DNA of 64,000 bases from Mobula hypostoma (Eukaryota). Position 1 is the first letter of the stretch, and each line of letters starts with the position of its first letter. A model generated the notes under the pieces. The model did no database searches, was not told the origin of the DNA, and saw only the letters and a list, made by a program, of their open reading frames with translations. Both the position numbers and the translations under genes were made by a program. Positions 52,181-64,000 of the stretch are shown piece by piece. Location: positions 78,618,001-78,682,000 of the forward strand of contig NC_086097.1 of assembly GCF_963921235.1 (NCBI RefSeq), read 5' to 3'.

Positions 52181-52321
52181 CACTACCACCACGTTCCCAT
52201 TGGGAATCATTATTTATGACAATGGTTCCATTACTGTTTACAATTTCATTTTATTGAATTGCCTGAAATATTTGAGCACTGAGAGGAAATATAACTGATA
52301 TTCAAACCATACACATTTTAC

Positions 52322-52489
52322 CTGGGATAAATTTGGTTCTGGTGTTAAAACCACCATAGCTCCAGAGCAGTGTATATTCCGTCTTTGCTTGTCTGGTGAT
52401 GGACCACTTGCCACTCGGCTGCCAGGGCGTGTTCGAAAACCAGTTGCTGAACGTGTGACCTCATCAAACTGGCCTCTAACAATGTCCAT
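52322..52489 (-). CDS. FSIP1: FSIP1 coding exon 1 (ATG at 52489; exon starts at 52495)
   Basis: Encodes MDIVRGQFDEVTRSATGFRTRPGSR...VVLTPEPNLSQ, resembling the recalled FSIP1 N-terminus [25 protein letters not shown]. Acceptor tttag| lies 6 nt before the ATG; donor CAG|gtaaaa; 168 nt, ends phase 0. Confidence 0.93.
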
Positions 52490-53107
52490 TATAACCTAAA
52501 ATAATCCAATGTTTTAAATAAGTGCACATGATGATGTCAGGGAATCACAATGTGCATCAACATACAACACCAGAATGAATAAATGACAATTTACCAATGT
52601 TTTAGACCTGGTGTAAAGCACATTTAATTTTCAATATTTTAACAATATCCAACAATTACCAGCAGAACAGAACTGCCAGTAGTTGTCACACAAACAAACA
52701 AATACAATACTGGAATATCAACACAAACTAGATTTTTCACACTACAATATCTGCGCAAGCATGTTACAGAAAGGGAAAGTAAACTTCATTTTTAGACTTT
52801 TTAATTCAGGAAATAGAGATCCACAGGAGAAGTATGTGTTAAGAGCTAAGGTAATACAGCCCATACACTAGAAACTCTTGCACTCCTGCTCCGAAAATAA
52901 TAGACCATGTCGTGTAAGGTTCAGCTAGATTTTCCATATACAGAAACAAACTACAACAAATTCAGAGTGGAGCACATTATTAATTAATTATTAATAATTA
53001 ATTAATTATTGTTCTTGCAAGAGGAGATATACTTACAGCCAATTTATGTCTGGAAATATAGCTCTGATCTTCTGTTTCAACCAAGGTACTTTTATAGTGT
53101 TTTTTAA

Positions 53108-53131
53108 TATATATGCATATGTATATATATA

Positions 53132-53165
<34 letters not shown>

Positions 53166-53171
53166 CACACA

Positions 53172-53210
<39 letters not shown>
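53108..53210. repeat. Compound (TA)n(TG)n(TA)n(CA)n microsatellite
   Basis: Directly visible. Confidence 0.97.
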
Positions 53211-53212
<2 letters not shown>

Positions 53213-54170
53213 AGGACAGTGATTAGATTGCTCCATTCCATAACATTACATTCATCTGCTATCTTCATCCCCATCTCATTCTCACATTTGATCTTTAGAA
53301 ATTGCGTCCTGTTTCCCTACTATCTAGACATCCTCTCTGGCCATAAAACAAATTGCCTGTCATCAAAGAAAATAGTTTGTTCCATATAACGCAAACACAC
53401 TTGTAAGTTTTCTCACCCAAACCAACAAGGCATCTTAGGATTTTACAGACCCCATTTTGTTACATTATATTTTACAAAAAATACAAATTCATAAAGAATT
53501 CAGGGCTACAAATACATTTCCAAAGCCACATTTTGTTATGAACATCAAGTGATTGGCGACCATTCACTTGATTTACAATTTCACTTGTGTACAAGCTGCT
53601 GTATGGAGGATCAGTAAAGTCCCCTCCACAGACTATTTAGTGTATGCAGATAGAACAAGCAACTGTTTACCTCTTTAATCAACTGAACTGAAGAATTCTT
53701 AATAAGCATAAGCATTCTTAAGCAGTATAAAGTTCAAACTAAGAAAAGCAAATTGAATGCCAAATCACAAACAGCAAACTAAGTTAATGGCAAACTAAGA
53801 GAAATACCTCAGTGAAGGCAAACTCGTGGAGAGGATTTTTAGGGGCTGGATTTACAAGCATTTAAAGAATCAGAGTCATACTAGAGATATCGGCATGGTT
53901 GTGAGCGGGATGAGGCTGATTTAGTTTTAAGGAGGTGACAAAGCAAATTGATTGAAGTACAGTGGCGAATGTGGTGACAAGGCTCCCGATGGTAGACTCA
54001 TCCAGAAAGTCAGGAGGCAAGGGATCCATGGAAACTTGGCTGTGTAGATTCAAAATTGGCTTACCTACCCATAGAAGGCAGAGGATGGTAGTAGGTGGAG
54101 CAACTTCTCCCTAGAGGTCAATAACTAGTGGTATTCCACGGGAATCTATTGTAGAACCTTTACTCTTTGT

Positions 54171-56385
54171 GATAAGAATATAAGAAAGAGGAGCAGGAGT
54201 AGGCCATCCGGTCCATCAAGCCTGCCCTGCCATTCAATAAGATCATGGCTGATCTGTCCGTAAACTCAGCTCCATTTACCTACCTTTTCCCCATAACCCT
54301 TAATTCTCCTATGTAAAAATCTAACTGTATCTTAAATATATTTAGTGAAGAAGCCTCAACTGCTTCCCTGGGCAGAGAATTCCACAGATTCACCACTCTC
54401 TGGGAAAAACAGTTTCTCCTTATCTCCATCCTAAATCTTCTCCCCTGAATCATGAGGCAATGTCCCCTGGTTCTAGTCTCACCTACCAATAGAAACAACT
54501 TTTCTACTTCTATCTTATCAATACCTTTCAAAATTTTGTATGTTTCTGTAAGATCCCCTGTCATTCTTCTGAATTCCAGACTGTATAGTCTCAGGCGACT
54601 CAATCGCTCCTCATAGGTTAACCCCTTCATCTCTGGAATCGTCCTGGTGAACCTCCTCTGCACTGCCTCCAAAGCCAGTATATCCTTCCTCAAGCATGGA
54701 AACCAGAACTGCACACAGTACTCCAGGTGCAGCCTCACCAGTACCCTGTATAGTTGCAGCATGACCTCCCTGCTCTTGAATTCAATCCCCCTAGCAATAA
54801 AGGCCAACGTTCCATTTGCCTTCTTAATAACCTGCTGTACCTGCAAGCCAACTTATTGTGATTCATGAACAAGCACTCCCAAGTCCCTCTGCACAACAGT
54901 ATGCTGCAATCTTTCACCATTTAAATAATAATCTGCTTTTCTATTATTCCTTCCAAAGTGGATGATCTCACATTTACCAACATTGTATTCCATCTACTAG
55001 ACCTTGGCCCACTCACTTAACCTATCTATATCCCTCTGCAGACTCTCCACATCATCTGTACAATTTGCTTTTCCACTCAGTTTAGTGTCATCAGCAAATT
55101 TTGCTACACTACACTCAGTCCCCTCTTCCAAATCATCAATGCAAATGGTAAACAGCTGCGGGCCCAGCACCGACCCCTGCGGCACCCCACTCACCACGGA
55201 CTGCCAACCAGAGAAACACCCATTTATACCAACTCTCTGCCTTCTATTAGTTAACCAATCCACTATCCATGCCAATACACTTCCTCCAACTCCATGTGTC
55301 GGTATCTTATTTATAAGTCTCTTGTGCGGCACCTTATCGAACACCTTCTGGAAATTCAAGTATACAACATCCATCTGTTCCCCTCTATCCACTGCACCCA
55401 TTATGTCCTCAAAGAACTCCAGTAAGTTTGTCAAACAGGACCTGACCTTTCTGAATCCATGCTGCGTCTGTCTAATGGAACCACTCCTTTCTAAATGTTT
55501 CGCTGTTTCTTCCTTAAAGACATCTTCAAGCATCTTCCCAACTACAGATGTTAAGCTAACTAGCCTATAGTTGCCCATCTTTTGACTGCATGCTTTTTAA
55601 AAAAGTGGTGTAACATATGCTGTCTTCCAATCCACCAGGACCTGCTCAGAGTCTAGAGAGTTTTGCTAAGTGATTACCAACGTGTCTACTATAACGTCTG
55701 CCAGTTCCCTCAGCACCCTGGGATGCATCCCAGCAGAATCAAGGGACTTATCTACCTTCAGGCCCTCTAGTTAGCTCATCGCTATCTCTTTACTGAGAGT
55801 GATTTTATCCAGGTCCTCACCTCCCATTTCGTCCATAACATCACTCTTTGGCATATTAGACGTGTCCTCCACTGTGAAGACCGACACAAAATAGTCATTC
55901 AATGCCTCAGCCGTTTCCTTATCACCCAGTATCAATCTCCCCTTCTCATCTTTCAAGGGACCTACATTGACTTTAGCCACCCTCTTCCACTTTATATATT
56001 TATAAAAACTTTTGCTATTGATCGTGTGGATAGTTAGAGGCTTTTGCCCAGGGTTGAAATGGTTGTCACAAGAGGACACAGGTTTAAGGTGCTGGGAAGC
56101 AGATACAGAGGAGATGTCGGGGGTAAGTTTTTTTTATGCAGAGAGTGGCGAGTGTGCGGAATGGGCTGCCGGCAACAGTGGTGGAGGCGGATATGATAGG
56201 GTCTTTTAAAAGACTTTTGGATAGGTACATGGGGCTTAGAAAAATAGAGGGCTATGGGTAAGCCTAGTAATTTCTAAGTTAGGGACATGTTCAGCACAAC
56301 TTTGTGGGCCGAAGGGCCTGTATTGTGCTGTAGGTTTTCGATGTTTCTATTTTGTGCTAATTTACTTCATATTCTATCTTCCCTA
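54171..56385 (-). mobile_element. Younger CR1 (about 1.9 kb of ORF2 3' part)
   Basis: GNYRLVSLTSVVGK, QHGFRK.RSCLTNL, GVPQGSVLGP, KFADDTK; ataagaatataagaa tail. Confidence 0.93.
56018..56349 (+). mobile_element. CR1 3' fragment nested in the preceding CR1
   Basis: Same family as 29164-29744 (gtgggccgaagggcctgtatt.tgctg.aggttttc); the host sequence resumes after it. Confidence 0.85.
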
Positions 56386-57055
56386 TATTTAGAAATGACT
56401 TAGATGACAAAGTGGAAGGTGGATGAGTAAGTTTGCAGATGAAACAAAGGTTTGTGGCAACTTGGATAATGTGGAAGGTTATCATAGGTTACAAAGGGAT
56501 AAAGACATGATATCGATATATATGGAGAAATAGCAGATGGAGTTCAATCAGAAAAATGTGAAGTGATACACTTTGGAACATCGAACTTGAAGGCAGAGCA
56601 CAAAATTGATGGCAGGATATTTAACAATGTGGAGTAAAAGAGGGATCTTGGGGTTCAATCCAGAGATCTCTCAGAGTTAAAACACAAGTTGATAGGCTGA
56701 TTAAGAAGGCCCGTGATGAATTGGCCTTTGTTAGAAGAGGGATTGAGTTCAAGAACCATTAAGTTATGCTACAGCTTTATAAACCTCTGTTTAGACCATA
56801 CTTGGAATATTACATTCAGTTCTGATTGCCTCATTATAGTAGGATGTTGAAGCTTTAAAGAGGGGGCAGAGAAGATGTACCAGGATTCTGTCTGGATTAA
56901 AGAACTTGTCTTATGAAGAAAAGATGAGCAAGCTAGGGTTTTTTTCCTCTTTGGAGCAAAGGAGGATGAGAGGCAACTTAATAGAGGTGTATAAGATAAT
57001 GAGAAGCATACACAGAGTGGGCAGCCAGCACCTTTCTCTCAAGACAGCAATGACC

Positions 57056-60000
57056 AGTACTCCAAGTGAGGCCTCACCAGTGCTTTATAAAGTCTCAACA
57101 TTACATCTTTGCATCTATATTCTAGTGTTTTTGAAATTAATACTAACATTGCATTTGCCTTCCTCACCACAGACTCAATCTGCAAATTAACCTTTACAGA
57201 ATCCTGTACAAAGACTCCCACCATTGTGCCTCAGGTTTTGGTATTTTCTCTCCATTTAGAAAATAGTCAACTCTTTCATTTCTTCTACCAAAGTGCATGA
57301 CCATACACTTCCCGACATTGTATTCCATCTGCCTCTTTTTTTGCCCATTCTTCTAATCTGTCCAAGTCCTTCTGTAGCCTCTCTACTTCCTCAAAACTAC
57401 CTGCCCTTCCACCTATCTTCATATCTTCTGCAAACTTTGCAACAAAGCCATCAATTCCATCATCCTAATCATTGACACAACGTAAAATGATTCGGTCGCA
57501 ACGCAGACCGCTAAGGAATACCACTAGTCACCAACAACCAACCGGAAAAGGCTCTCTTTATTCCCACTCCTTGACTCCTGCCAATCAGCCACTATTTTAT
57601 CCATGCTAGAATCTTTCCTGTAATACCATGGGCTGATAGCTTGTTAAGCAGCTTCATGTGTGGCACCTTCCTTCTGAAAATCCAAATACACAACATCAAC
57701 CAATTCTCCTTTGTCTATTCTTGTTATTTCGTCAAAGAATTCCAACAGATTTGTCAGGCATGATTTTCCCTTGAGGAAACAAAGCTGACTATGGACTATT
57801 TTATCACATGCCTCCAAATAACCAGAAATCACATTCTTAATAATCAACCTCAACATCTTCCATCAACCACCAACATCTGACCTTTGGAGGTCAGACTAAC
57901 TGGCCAATAATGTTTTTCTTTTGCCTCCCTCTCTTCTTGAAGAGTGCAGTGACTTTTGTAATTTTCCAATTTTTCAGAACCATTCCAGATTCTAGTGATC
58001 TTGAAAGATCATTACTAATTCCTCCATGATCTCTCTCAGAACCCTGGGGTGCATGCCATCTGGTCCAGGTGACTTATCCACATTCAGATTTTTCAGTTTC
58101 CCAAGAACCTTCTCCCTAGTAACGGTAATTTCACATACTTCATGACCCCTGACATCTAGAACTTCTGCTGTTAGTGTCTTCCACAGTGAAGACTGATGCA
58201 AAATAATTATTCAATTCATCCACCATTTCCTTGTCCCCCATTGCTACCTCTCCAGCATTGTTTTCCAGTGGGCTGATATCCACTCTCGCCTCTTTTGCAT
58301 TTAAGTGTCTGAAATAAACTTCTGGTATCCTCTTTAATATTATTGGCTAGCTTACTTTCGTACTCCATCTTTACCTTCTTAATTACTTTTTTAGTTGCCT
58401 CCTGTTGGTTTTAAAAGCTTCCCAATCTTCTAACTTCTCACTAATTTTTGCTCTATTATATGCCCTCTCTTTGGCTTTTATGGTGGCTGTGACTTCTCAT
58501 TAGCTATGGTTATGTCATCTTGCCTTTAGAATACATCTTCCTTTCTGGGATGTATACATCCTGTGCCTTCCAAATTGATTCCAGAAATTCCAGCCATTGC
58601 AGCTATGCCACCATCCCTGCCTGTGTTCCTTTCCAATCAATTCTAACCAACTTCTCTCTCATGCTTCTGTAATTCCCATTACTCCACTGTAATACTGATA
58701 TATCTGACTTTAACTTCTCCATCTCAAATTTCAGGGTGAAATCAATCATATTATGATCACTTTCCCCTAAGGGTTCTTTTACCTTAAGCTCTCTAATCAA
58801 TTCTGGTTCATTGCACAACACTCAATCCAGGATAGCCGATCCTCTAGTGGGCTCAACCACGAGCTGCTCTAAAAAACCATCTCATAGGCATTCTAGAAAT
58901 TTCCCCCTCTTGGAATTCAACACCAACCTGATTTTTCCCAACTACGTACATATTGAAATCCCCTATGACTAGTGTAGCATTGCCCTTTTGGCATGCATTT
59001 TCAACTTCCCATTGTAATTTGTAGACAACATCCTTACTATTGTTTGGTGGTCTGTAAATAACTCCCATCAGGGTCTTTTTACCCTTGCAGTTCCTTAACT
59101 CTATCCACAATGATTCAACACATTCTGACCCTATGTCACCTCTTTCTAATGATTTGATTTCATTTTTTAAAATCAACAGAGCAATGCTACCCCCTCTGCC
59201 TTCCTGACTGTCCTTTCAATACATTAAGCTCCCAGCTATAATCTTCTTTCAGCCATGCTTCAGAAATGCCTACATCATGCATGCCAATCTGTAACTGGGC
59301 TCCAAGTTCATCTCCCTTATTCATTAATTCTGTGTCCATTCAAATATAACACTTTCGGTCCTGTATTCACCTTTTTCCATTTTGTCTGCCTTTTACATTG
59401 CAACTCATTCTGTTGACCGCAATTTTGCCCCACCATCAACCTCTCCTTGCTAGGAGTCTCACTACATATTCAATCTGTTTGTAAGCCAACTACATGGTCT
59501 TCAGCACTATCACTCTGGTTCCCAACCCCCTGCCAAATTAGTTTAAACCCGCCTGAACAACTCTAGCCAACCTGCCTGCAAGGATATTGGACCCCTTCGG
59601 GTTCAGGTGTAACCCATCCCTTTTGGACAGGTCATACCTTCCCCAGAGTGATCCCAATGATACACAAATCTGAACCCCTCCCCCCTGCACCAATTCCTCA
59701 GCCATACACTCCTCTGCCAAATCACCCTATTCTTGTCCTCACGGGCACAGGGCAGGAGCAGCAACCCAGAGATTACTAACCTGGAGGTCGTGTTTCTCAA
59801 CTTTCTACCTAACTCCTCAAAATCTCTTTTCAGGACCTCATCACCTTGTCTACCTATGCCATGGGTGCCAACATATACCAAGACTTATGGCTGCTCACCC
59901 TCACCTTGAGAATGCCATGGACCCGATCCGAGACATCTCTAATCCTGGCACCAGGGAGGCAAGATATGATCTGGGTTCCTCAATCGTGCCCACAGTATCT

Positions 60001-60600
60001 CATTTCTGTTCCTCTGACTAAGGAATCTCCTATCAACACAGCAGTCCTCTTCACCTCTATGCTCTTCTGAGCCACAGCACCAGACTCAGAGCCAGGCACC
60101 TGGTCACTATGGTTCCCCACGGTAGGAAGTCCCTGACAATATTATCTGAAGTTGTATAATTATTATTGAGGGGAATGGCCACAGTTATACTCTGCACTGG
60201 CTGCACATTTCCCCTCCTTCTCCTCACAGTCACCCAGTTACCCTTCTCCTGCAATATAGGTGTGACTACCTCCCTGTAGCTCCTGTCCATCACCTCCTCA
60301 TTCTCCCACATGAGTCAACGGTCATCAAGCTGCAGCTCCAGTTCCTTAATACATTGTCAGAAGCTATAGCTCAGTGCACCTGGTGCAGATGTGTTTATCT
60401 GGGAGACTGGAGGCCACCCAGACTTCCCACATCCCACACACAGTACAAAACACTGTGCCGGAACCATTCCCACTAAAGTATTATGCCTTAATAGATGTGG
60501 AATGAACAAATAAGAACAGAGAGACAGAGTAACTTACAATATACTTTACCTTACCCAAGCCTGCTCTCACCTCAGCCTGACGAGCCAAAGGCACTCTAAA
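57056..60600 (-). mobile_element. Long decayed CR1: 5' UTR, ORF1 (esterase), APE endonuclease and RT; 3' end missing
   Basis: VYVGTHGI...RLVISGLL, RDGLHLNPKG; ESLWIEL, GVIYRPPN, GDFN, LGESDHN; KSPGPDG.HPRVL; SCLTNLLEFF, YLDFQK. Confidence 0.92.
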
Positions 60601-60699
60601 GCTGACACACTCAAAAGAATGCCACTCTGCTTGCACTTGAGTTATTTGTACTGGTCCTTTCTGATGAATCACTTTAGTTGACTGGTTGCTCCTCATCTC

Positions 60700-60968
60700 A
60701 AACTACTGCAAAACTCTACCTTTAAAATCCTGGTTAAAAGATAGATCTTTTTATGCACCCTTGACATTAATTGTCGAACTCAAAGAAAACTACTGTGAAG
60801 CTCTGATTTTTAAATCTTCACCATGGACCAGACTGAAAGATAGCTCTTTTCACACACTGCCTTTTGCTAATTGGTCACTCCTTGACTCAGAGAAACTGTC
60901 ATGAAACTCTGCCTTTAAAATCTCAATCACCATCCTGGTTGACAGGTAGCTCTTTTTATGCACCCAAC
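60700..60968. repeat. Three degenerate tandem units of about 90-100 bp
   Basis: aaact.ctg..aaactct.cctttaaaatc...gatagctctttt.atgcaccc recurs at about 60700, 60787 and 60893. Confidence 0.7.
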
Positions 60969-61469
60969 GTTTATTGTTCAACCTGTGCTGTGGATACAGA
61001 TGCGGCTGAGAAGACACGTTGGCATTTATTGCCCACCCCTACTTTCCACGATAGGACAGCAGTAGGCTTTCCTCTTGAATCACCTTAATCCATGTGGTAC
61101 TGTATCAATGACCTTGTAATATCGTCTAGTTGTGAGTTTCACTCAATAAGCAAAATATCAGCAATATATTGCATACAGAAATGTATAGGTAATAATGAAC
61201 CTACACATGTCTTCAAGGTGATAGTGATTACAGCTCTTGCAGATACAGATAACAAAGCCCTGGCAATGGCTGCAGTGCATACTGTGGATAGTGTAAAATG
61301 CAGTAAAGGCACTGAGAGTGGGGATTTAAATAAAATTGATAGGGTGCCAACAGCTGCAGATGTGTCCTCCCAGACAAGCAGAGTACACTCTGAAACCTGC
61401 CTGATCTTCATTTGTAAGTAGAGAAGATTTAGTGATTTGTCTCAAGATATAAAACCTGCTGTAGAGCTG

Positions 61470-61973
61470 CAGTACAGCAGTGATTTTATGTATTGTACTG
61501 TACTGCTGCAACAACAAAAGGAACCAAATTTCATGGCATACTGTATGTGAGGGAAGACAAACCTGATTCTGATATGAGTCTCTATTGCGGACTGAGAGTA
61601 TTAAGGGGTCAAGGAGAGAGGAATCATGGTTGGAAAATGGGGAGTGGAGAGGGGAAGGAGCAGGATGCAACAGAAAAACATTCTGTAATGATCAATAAAC
61701 CAATTGTTTTCAATCAAATAACCTTGCTTGGTGTCTCAGGGCTGGGTGTGTCTGCACACACACCACTTCACCCCCTTCCTGCCTCTGGCATTCCTTCTCT
61801 TCCACCTGTCCCACACCCCTTCTGCGATGCTCCACCCTCACCATTCCCAACGTCCCTTAACAAACTCACTCTCTGCTCCACGTTGACAAAGATGCTGTAA
61901 AAGTCTTAAGCACCCTAGCTACTGTATATAAATGTGCCTATGTGCCTAACTACAGTATTTTTGCACAGTACTG
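61470..61973. mobile_element. Second copy of the composite Tc1-type element, opposite orientation
   Basis: Reverse-complement similarity to 25850-26240; ends aaaagtcttaagcaccctagcta...ttttgcacagtactg|ta; left terminus degraded. Confidence 0.8.
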
Positions 61974-62289
61974 TATTTATTGAACCAGAAATTTTGCTGT
62001 TTAATGTTGTTCCTGGAGGAGACCTTTGTTTAAAATATCAACTTTTGACAAGATTTCAAATGATTGACTGAACAAAACAGTAAGAACTCACGTGATCTAA
62101 GTTTAAGTTGCAAACTGAATCAAAACTCAAGTAAGTGACAGGAAGCTTGGTCATGGTTGCTGATTGTTTTTGTGATTCAATTCAGCTGGGCTCAGTATTC
62201 AGCCCATATGTTTTTGCAAAATATAGCAATGGTATAGATGAAAATATAGATCTATAAAATCTATAGAGGATACAAAAATAGCCGACATT

Positions 62290-62880
62290 GAGTAAGAAAG
62301 CTTTAAAATACAAGTAAATATAGATAGTCTGGTCAGTTGTGCTAAAAATGAAAGGCAACTGGAATTTAATACAGAGAATAAAGCATCTGGAGAGCTAAAA
62401 CAGAGGAAAGAAATATACAATAAATGGAAGGATACTGGTTGAGGAAGAACCAAAGAATTGTGGAATACATGTCCACGATGGATAGAGTGCAAAGGGAATT
62501 TACAAACAAAATGTTGTCAGATCTTGAAATTTTCAGCCATAGTGCAAGATTAGAAAAAAACTAGGATTGTTTTCTTTAAAATAGGTGAGACTGATGGGAA
62601 ATTTAATGGCGGGGGCAGGGGGGAAGACTTGAGGATCCTAGATAGTATAAATAGGAAATGCAATAGCAGGATGGCCAAAGTCCAGGAGTAAAGTTTTAAA
62701 AGTAATTGCTAGAAAGCATATGAAGGAAAATATTTTCATTAAACACATGGGAACTGTTAGAAATCCATTACCTGAAAGTGTGCTGGTTCTAGTAAAGTTC
62801 ACCACATTCATAATGTACTTGGACGTGTGCTTGAAGAACCATGACCTGCAGACCTTTAGACCTATTACTGGGATCAATAC
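62290..62880 (+). mobile_element. Very old CR1 3' remnant
   Basis: gatagagtgcaaaggga.tttaca, ctaggattgttttcttta and ttacctgaaagtgtg motifs. Confidence 0.55.
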
Positions 62881-63759
62881 CTTTTTCAACCAGCACTTAT
62901 TTTGGAGGGAGCAATCTCCATTGTGTTGTAATTTTCTATAGCAGATTTTCCAGATACCATTCAACAAATTATTTCATTTTGAAAGCTATATTCCAATACA
63001 TTATAAACAAAGTCACTTTATTTGCTGCAACTTGACAAGACTGGTTCTGCAAGAATGAGCAATATTCCAATAGATCCCAGGTTTTGTATACTCACAAAAG
63101 AAGGAAGCATGCACACAAGAGAAAGCACCATATACAAAAACATGCTGCAAGCAGTCCACAGTGGAATAATATCAGCATACAGGCAGCCCATTTATGTGGA
63201 CAAGAAGTGCACAATGTCAGGGCTGCACATAAATCAACTGTATGTTTTGTGCAAGCACCACACACATGCTGCAAGCAGGCTGCATTTTCAGTGCAAGTGA
63301 TATACCTGAGTAGGTTGTACACTTCCAGCAAGCATCATATACAGGCAAACTGCACCAGTGGTACCAGCACTCTTCACCAGCAGCCTGCACATTCACTGCC
63401 AACTCTGTACTCGAAGGCCACAGGTTACCCTGAAAAGGCTGCACGCCCATTACCAGCACTGTACATGGCACACTTTCATTGCAATGCCAACTCCATACAC
63501 AGGCAAGATGCCTATTTGATACCAACACTGTAAGAGGGCATGCTGTGCAACACTGAACATAAGCAAGTTGCACAGTCAGTGCAGTAAACGTAGTAGGAGT
63601 TATAGGTGGGGAGGTAGGGGAAAGTGTTTGGAAGTTAAAGTCAAATATAGCAGAAAAAGTAAGTAGATTTCAGCTACTCCATTATTAACTGGGTCTGCCT
63701 TGATGTGAAAGAGTGAGTAGAGTTTCTAAAATGCATCCAGGAGAGCTTTCAGAGATAGA

Positions 63760-64000
63760 AAAGTCAAGTTTATTGTCATTTAACTACATACGTGTATATG
63801 AGGTATATAATGCATACAGAAATGTCACAACGTTTCTCCGAACCAGGGTGTAAAGCGCGGAACACACGATAACTTATGAGGTAACGATAAAATCTACAGA
63901 TGAATCTCACATAAATAACAAACTAAAGTGTATTAATACTAAATATTGTAAGGTACGGAACATATTAACCAGTAGCTCTTCTAATACGATGAGGCCGGGA
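63760..64000 (-). mobile_element. Rex1-type 3' UTR running off the window
   Basis: aaagtcaagtttattgtcatt tail, similar to 6640-6655. Confidence 0.5.

Larger units (their letters stand above)
53860..57055 (+). mobile_element. Old CR1 RT (pieces at about 53860-54170 and 56386-57055)
   Basis: DK.P.GRL...SG.P.ES...PLLFV breaks at 54170 and resumes as IF.NDLD...KFADETK...LEY after 56386. Confidence 0.8.

Noticed and set aside
52998..53389. ORFs rich in CV, YI and HT repeats
   Set aside because: These are translations of the microsatellite.
61092..61421. Overlapping 109-aa and 90-aa ORFs with a GTAAGT nearby
   Set aside because: No recognisable domain or partner exons; compatible with chance.
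52500..64000. FSIP1 promoter or non-coding first exon
   Set aside because: No CpG island; donor-like sites near 53036 and 53807 cannot be distinguished from noise.

Overview
Repeat-dense vertebrate genomic DNA, inferred to be from a cartilaginous fish (probably a ray) because of its mix of CR1, Rex1, Penelope and V-SINE elements. One host gene crosses the window on the minus strand: FSIP1 (fibrous sheath-interacting protein 1). I reconstructed eight phase-compatible GT-AG coding exons (52489 down to 5551; 1068 nt, 356 codons, no stop). The C-terminal exons and the promoter were not found in the window. Most intron sequence is nested transposon debris: two same-family Gypsy LTR elements in opposite orientation, many CR1 and Rex1 LINEs, Penelope-like elements, SINEs, and Tc1/pogo and hAT MITEs. 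Highlights: (1) a young Penelope element with an open RT/GIY-YIG frame and an intact minimal hammerhead ribozyme, plus a family of decayed inverted hammerhead-bearing repeats; (2) a MITE that closely resembles mammalian Tigger3/MER2, a possible horizontal transfer; (3) a composite Tc1-type element carrying a Rex1 LINE tail; (4) a roughly 220-bp intron expanded to 5.3 kb by one nested insertion. Family and gene identifications come from recalled motifs, not database searches, and boundaries of old elements are approximate.
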